From a bacterium (GTDB lineage Bacteria; Electryoneota; Electryoneia; Electryoneales; Electryoneaceae): 64,000 nt of DNA. Below are positions 59,406 to 64,000 of this stretch, one piece after another (position 1 is the stretch's first letter; the number at the start of each line of letters is the position of its first letter). Under the pieces are notes generated by a model. The model was not told where the DNA came from, ran no database searches, and was given only the letters and a program-made list of their open reading frames with translations. The stretch is taken from contig OY769902.1 in NCBI GenBank assembly GCA_963669175.1, positions 3,968,001 to 4,032,000 on the forward strand, read 5' to 3'. The position numbers were made by a program, and so were the translations under genes.

Positions 59406-60295
59406 TGCTGGTTGACGTGCATGGCGGTTTTCTCGCGGTGGAGGTGACGCTTTACGTCGCCTTCGCCGCGGGTGTTGTTTTCCTTATCCTGACACGACGT
59501 GCAGCCAACCGCGGACGTACAGTGCCGCAATGGCTCTATCGTCTCCTGCTGATCCCCCTGATCGGCGGGATGACCGTGTTTGGCGGGATCGCCATGGGCT
59601 GGGTGCAGTTTGCCACGCTTTTCGGCATCGGAATGATCCTCCCCGCTATCGGTGAAATCCTGGCGCTGAAATTCGGCTATGTTGGCCGTTATACCTACGA
59701 TCGTACGCTGGGACCACGCATTATCGGCGGGTTACCAATCGTTGTGATGGTCATGTGGGGAGTGCTGACAGTTCTTACCTACTGGGCCGGACTGACAGCC
59801 ATGGTGATTATCTCCATGAACGATGTCATCGCCTATGTGGACTACGCCACCCGTAACCCGGAACTGGCCAGCCCGATGGATATGCGTCTCCTGCTGGCGT
59901 TCGTGGTCGGTGTGCTCGGTTTCCTGCTGGACTTGGTGATGGACCCGGTGATGACCGACGGCGGGTTCTGGCAATGGGACAGACGTGGTCACGCCCGCCT
60001 GGGCCGCTGGTACGGCATCCCCTGGGCGAATTACATCGGCTGGTTTGTTGCCCTGTTTGTCGTTGTCGCGATCTACTCCTATTTCTTCGACCCCTACGCG
60101 CCGCTGCTCTTCCCCCAATTTAATCCGCCCCTGCATCTTCTGCTGGCGCTGCTTTTCCCCATGATGACGCTGGATTTCGCCCTGACCGCACGCGAACGTC
60201 GCCAGACACCACTCTACGCTATCGGTATGATCATCGCTGTCGGTTCCGCTGCATGGATCATCCGTGGCTGGTATGGGCTGTATTTCGGGATGTAG
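59405..60295 (+). CDS. Carotenoid biosynthesis (CruF/DUF422-like) membrane protein
   Basis: G.YTY..LGP, DLVMDP...G.W.W, YGIPWANYIGWF. Confidence 0.75.
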   Translation: MLVDVHGGFLAVEVTLYVAFAAGVVFLILTRRAANRGRTVPQWLYRLLLIPLIGGMTVFGGIAMGWVQFATLFGIGMILPAIGEILALKFGYVGRYTYDRTLGPRIIGGLPIVVMVMWGVLTVLTYWAGLTAMVIISMNDVIAYVDYATRNPELASPMDMRLLLAFVVGVLGFLLDLVMDPVMTDGGFWQWDRRGHARLGRWYGIPWANYIGWFVALFVVVAIYSYFFDPYAPLLFPQFNPPLHLLLALLFPMMTLDFALTARERRQTPLYAIGMIIAVGSAAWIIRGWYGLYFGM

Positions 60296-60365
60296 GAATT
60301 CTTGCCCGATCCTCCATCTGTCGCTGGTTTTTCCGAATACACCCTCATTACTGATCCCATTCTCC

Positions 60366-60928
60366 TGTCATCCCCGGCCCAATTCCCATGCCATCCCCGG
60401 CCTCATTCCATGTCATCCCCGGCTTGAACGGGGATCTCAGCAGACTAAGGCGTGGCCCGACTGCTTGCTGTCAGGTTTCAGAGGCAAAGCGCGTCCCGTT
60501 CCCCTGTCATCCCCGGCTTGAACGGGGATCTCAGCAGACTAAGGCGTGGCCCGACTGCTTGCTGTCGGGTTTCAGAGGCAAAGCGCGTCCCGTTCCCATG
60601 TCATCCCCGGCCCAATTCCCATGCCATCCCCGGCCTCATTCCATGCCATCCCCGGCTTGAACGGGGATCTCAGCAGACTAAGGCGTGGCCCGACTGCTTG
60701 CTGTCGGGTTTCAGAGGCAAAGCGCGTCCCGTTCCCATGTCATCCCCGGCCCAATTCCCATGCCATCCCCGGCCTCATTCCATGTCATCCCCGGCTTGAA
60801 CGGGGATCTCAGCAGACTAAGGCGTGGCCCGACTGCTTGCTGTCAGGTTTCAGAGGCAAAGCGCGTCCCGTTCCCCTGTCATCCCCTCCCCGAATGTTGT
60901 GGTCGAGGATCTACCGGAGATCTCGAGG
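60366..60928 (+). repeat. Modular REP-like tandem array (A-B-C-C-A-B-C-A-B-C plus an interrupted unit)
   Basis: All ten complete units start TG(T/C)CATCCCCGGC. A=23 bp, B=22 bp, C=94 bp (C at 60411, 60505, 60644, 60783); copies are near-identical. Confidence 0.95.
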
Positions 60929-60964
60929 ATACAGTATAAATGCTGAATTCACAATGTGTTGTTT

Positions 60965-60990
60965 CACGCAAAGCCGCAAAGAGCGCAAAG
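60965..60990 (+). repeat. Triple CGCAAAG direct repeat
   Basis: cacgcaaag-c-cgcaaag-ag-cgcaaag. Confidence 0.7.
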
Positions 60991-61256
60991 GAAGAAAACA
61001 AGAAAAACATGGCGGGTGGCCCTATTCGCACGTGATGATTTGAAGTCCATAAGGTTGATGGATACTTTGTTGAAGCAACAATACACGACGCAGCATGGAG
61101 TGAATAGGGACGGAGATTGGCCTGGGGAGCTGTTTGAGGCTTTATACATTATCCCGATGCGCTTATGAGGATTGGACGAGATAAAGGATACAGTGAGAGT
61201 TTTTCTGCTGAAATGCGAAAAGAAGCTGTATCACTTGGGCATCGGACTCCCGTCAA

Positions 61257-61988
61257 TCAAATGAGTATGTTATCCGTATTTAAAAAACTACCGTCTGTCC
61301 CTAGTTTTTCTCCAATACCATCCAAGTCACCATTTCCACTTATTGCCATTATCACATTATTTTTTATTTGAGGGCGGGAGCTTGGATTCTGATCTGTTAT
61401 ACTTACTCCCTTTCCGCATTGATATATAGTCGAGTATTCAACAAGAATCGAGTTGTTATATTCCTGATCCCCGTGAGCGACACCAACGGCAGCGCCAAGA
61501 CAAGAGTCAATCTCACAGGAATCCACTTCAACGGTAGCATATTCCCATAAAACAATCGGACCAGAAGGATTCTGGTAAGCAGTTTCCTGATCGCCACCAT
61601 GCTTGATCACACAATGGCGAAAGGTTCCTGTTGCTATGGCAAGTGTGTCACCATTGAATTTGATAGATCCCCAGGAACCAATTGACGAGGTTGTGCCACA
61701 GAAAGTGATTGGATTTTCCTCTGTGCCGGAAGCGGTCAAGGTTGCGCCGCCGTCGATGATGAGGGAGTTATCAACCGCAAACTTGACAGTCGTGCCTGCT
61801 TGGATCGTCAGCATCCCGGACGTCAGACGCACTTCGTCATTGAGGTTGTTGATGATCCAGGTCCGGTCATTGCCCCAAGTCGCGGGGCCGGCGATGCTGT
61901 CTGCGGACACCAAGCTGTCCGGCTGGGCGAACGTGATGGCGCTGACCGCGAGGAGCACGATCAACAGGAGGAAGGTTTTCCTCAGCAT
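61257..61988 (-). pseudogene. Secreted parallel beta-helix protein, apparently C-terminally truncated
   Basis: AGGAG RBS, signal peptide, LTIQAGTTVKF...GTEENPITF...WGSI module and beta-helix repeats. Ends at ~243 aa without a CTD. Confidence 0.55.
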
Positions 61989-62089
61989 AAGCAACTCCTA
62001 TCTTCTTGTAGATCAACACTTCAGTGTTGATCCGTTGGAACACCGTGCGGGACTGGTCTGGCAACTGGATTCCGCGCGGTGTTTTTTTG

Positions 62090-64000
62090 TCACTTGATAA
62101 GCAATACGCGAGTCGTCCTGACTTCCTTTCTTGTCTTAAGTTGCACGAAATAGACACCCGAGGCTAGGCCAGAAGTGTCATACGATTTTAGATGTACACC
62201 GGCTTGGAGTTGAGGCCAGTCTATTGTGAAAACGGGTTGTCCAAGGATATTGAATAGTGCGAGCTGTACCGTGGTTTGGCATGGTAGCGCGAATACCACC
62301 GTCTGTCTTGAGTTGAAGGGATTGGGGTATACCGAATCAAGGATGAACCTCTCAGGAATATCAAGATGCTCCTGATACACCGAGAGTGGATATGTATAGC
62401 TCATGCCAAATGGCCCACCCCACAAGCCGATATCATTACGAGTGCTGTCCAGATCGAAATAGGCGGTGTCTGGACACCCTGCATTGATCAAGGGCGATAG
62501 GTCATAGAGGAAAAAGTCCGTGGTATCAGCAAAGAGCGGATCTACAAATAAGTTTGTGCTATCCAGTTCAACATCAGGTGCTATCGAGTCATTATTGAAA
62601 AAACAATTATAATGAAAATTATCAAGTAAAACACCAACATCTTCTGTTCGTACTGAAATACTATTACCATAAAATGCGTTATTAATGATATCAGGAAGAA
62701 GATCACCGTCATGATATTGCCATACTACCAAGCCAGATCCTTCTCCATAAAAGATATTGTTACTTATTAACAAATCATAATAATTATGTAATGATATTAA
62801 TCCTATAGAACGCTGACTATTATTACCAAAAAATAAATTATTAGAAATATGCCCTGTAAGCATATGATCAAAATTAACACCAGTACCAGGATTATAGAAT
62901 CTGTTATTGATAATTTCAGCATGTCCCCCACCCAGATGTATAGCTGCCATGTCAACAAATAGATTGCCTTTAATCGACAATTCTGCTGCATAGCCATTTA
63001 CACCAGCACCGTTCAAATAAGAGTTATGTAGACTAAATCTCCCTGAATAGCAGTATAAAAAGGTAAATGTTCCGCCTTGTATCTGGATAAATTCAGAAGA
63101 ATCAATATCTACAGTTGAATGTCTTATCATATGAATGCTTTCATAATTGTCTGTGAGTCTGGAATGGCGGATAACTAGGTGTGTAGAATCGAGATTTGCT
63201 GCATAGGTCGGATACTCTGCAACTACGTATCGAAAATGTGACGTATCTGTGTGGCTGTAGAAATAAATCCCTCGAAAGCCGCCCACCATGGTAATACTAT
63301 CAGCAGTGACAAAACGAATGCCATCCTGTACAGTCCCCTCCGCAATCAACCTCCCATACACATCCAATCCAATGCGCTGCTCTGGATCTTCCACATATCT
63401 GAACTGCAATTCACACCCCGGTTCGATGACAAGGCTATCGCCTTCGGAGACGATGATATCTTCGACTACGTAGAACGGACTGTCTTCCACATACAAAATC
63501 CCGCTGATCTCACCACTCAGCAGCGTACGCTGGTCCACATCCACTGAGACGATTGATGAGTCTGTCTGCCCTTCGCCGTCTTCCACAATCACAGAAAAAC
63601 TGAAGTCTTCGGCGTCTTCGGGTACAATTCCCGAGACGGCCGTCGTGTCGCTGACCCAATCCAGCTCGTCCTCTTCGGTCAGCCACTCGGGCAAGTCAGG
63701 AAAGGTGAAGTCAAATGGGCCGCTGTCATCGGTTGCAGTGATCTGGATACGGAGCGGTTGCCCGGTTTGGGCGAATACCTCTTCAGGGATGGTCTGGACT
63801 GGCGGGTTATCTATAGTTTGGTTGTAGTAGAAGCACCCGATATCGGCTCGAGTGTCGTCGGGATCGTCAGGGCTGTCAGGATCACCGGCGTCAATGCACG
63901 GGCTGCTGGCCTGCAACGAATAATCAAAGGGAATGCCGCCAGCCAGGTAAGGATCAGTAACCAAATTCGTTTCATCCAGTTCGAATCCGAAGACTGCGGC
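62090..64000 (-). CDS. T9SS-secreted beta-helix protein (5' end outside the window)
   Basis: Frame is open to the window edge. SPCIDAGDP..DPDDTRADIG, beta-helix repeats, VYPNPFN...SGVYFVQL CTD. Confidence 0.92.
   Translation of the reverse strand, partial: AAVFGFELDETNLVTDPYLAGGIPFDYSLQASSPCIDAGDPDSPDDPDDTRADIGCFYYNQTIDNPPVQTIPEEVFAQTGQPLRIQITATDDSGPFDFTFPDLPEWLTEEDELDWVSDTTAVSGIVPEDAEDFSFSVIVEDGEGQTDSSIVSVDVDQRTLLSGEISGILYVEDSPFYVVEDIIVSEGDSLVIEPGCELQFRYVEDPEQRIGLDVYGRLIAEGTVQDGIRFVTADSITMVGGFRGIYFYSHTDTSHFRYVVAEYPTYAANLDSTHLVIRHSRLTDNYESIHMIRHSTVDIDSSEFIQIQGGTFTFLYCYSGRFSLHNSYLNGAGVNGYAAELSIKGNLFVDMAAIHLGGGHAEIINNRFYNPGTGVNFDHMLTGHISNNLFFGNNSQRSIGLISLHNYYDLLISNNIFYGEGSGLVVWQYHDGDLLPDIINNAFYGNSISVRTEDVGVLLDNFHYNCFFNNDSIAPDVELDSTNLFVDPLFADTTDFFLYDLSPLINAGCPDTAYFDLDSTRNDIGLWGGPFGMSYTYPLSVYQEHLDIPERFILDSVYPNPFNSRQTVVFALPCQTTVQLALFNILGQPVFTIDWPQLQAGVHLKSYDTSGLASGVYFVQLKTRKEVRTTRVLLIK

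Noticed and set aside
60366-60928. CRISPR array
   Set aside because: The sequences between the palindromic heads are near-identical copies rather than unique spacers, unit lengths are irregular, and no cas genes are present.
60264-61043. Repetitive ORFs (PCHPRLERGS..., VIPGLNGDLS...)
   Set aside because: They are translations of the DNA repeat in all frames, with no RBS or protein-like character.
62039-62089. Long hairpin between the two beta-helix genes as an integron attC site
   Set aside because: It lacks RYYYAAC/GTTRRRY boxes and no integrase is present; more likely a terminator or stability hairpin.

Overview
Bacterial chromosomal window. Several secreted proteins carry a 'YPNPFN' T9SS-type C-terminal sorting domain, which points to the FCB superphylum; an Electryoneota/Calditrichota-like lineage is my inference only. 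The first 22 kb is mostly minus-strand housekeeping: oxidoreductase, ruvX, HU, relA/spoT, dnaB, family-4 UDG, coaBC, rpoZ, gmk, yicC, rsmD, comEA, dnaJ-grpE-hrcA, ftsEX, tatD and an msbA-like ABC transporter. The rest is mixed, with T9SS cargo proteins, two ptb paralogs, two HDOD paralogs, mgtE, rsmA, rho, a K+/H+ antiporter, a beta-CASP RNase, cbpA and htpG. Best candidate for an undescribed system: a 1,788-bp IS-like element (29119-30906) with 21-bp terminal inverted repeats and TAA direct repeats. It encodes only two paralogous DUF1670-like proteins, which lack an obvious DDE or HUH motif but end in a tyrosine-recombinase-like H...RY motif, so DUF1670 may be an unrecognised transposase/recombinase. 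Other highlights are a ~600-670 nt non-coding region (47020-47690) with five nested long-range helices, a sigma-54-driven rod-shaped sRNA candidate (10133-10262), a sigma-54-driven small Zn-finger ORF, a complete frameshifted IS630, a modular REP-like tandem array (60366-60928) and REPIN-like doublets. I found no rRNA, tRNA or CRISPR. All family assignments come from motif recognition, not database searches.
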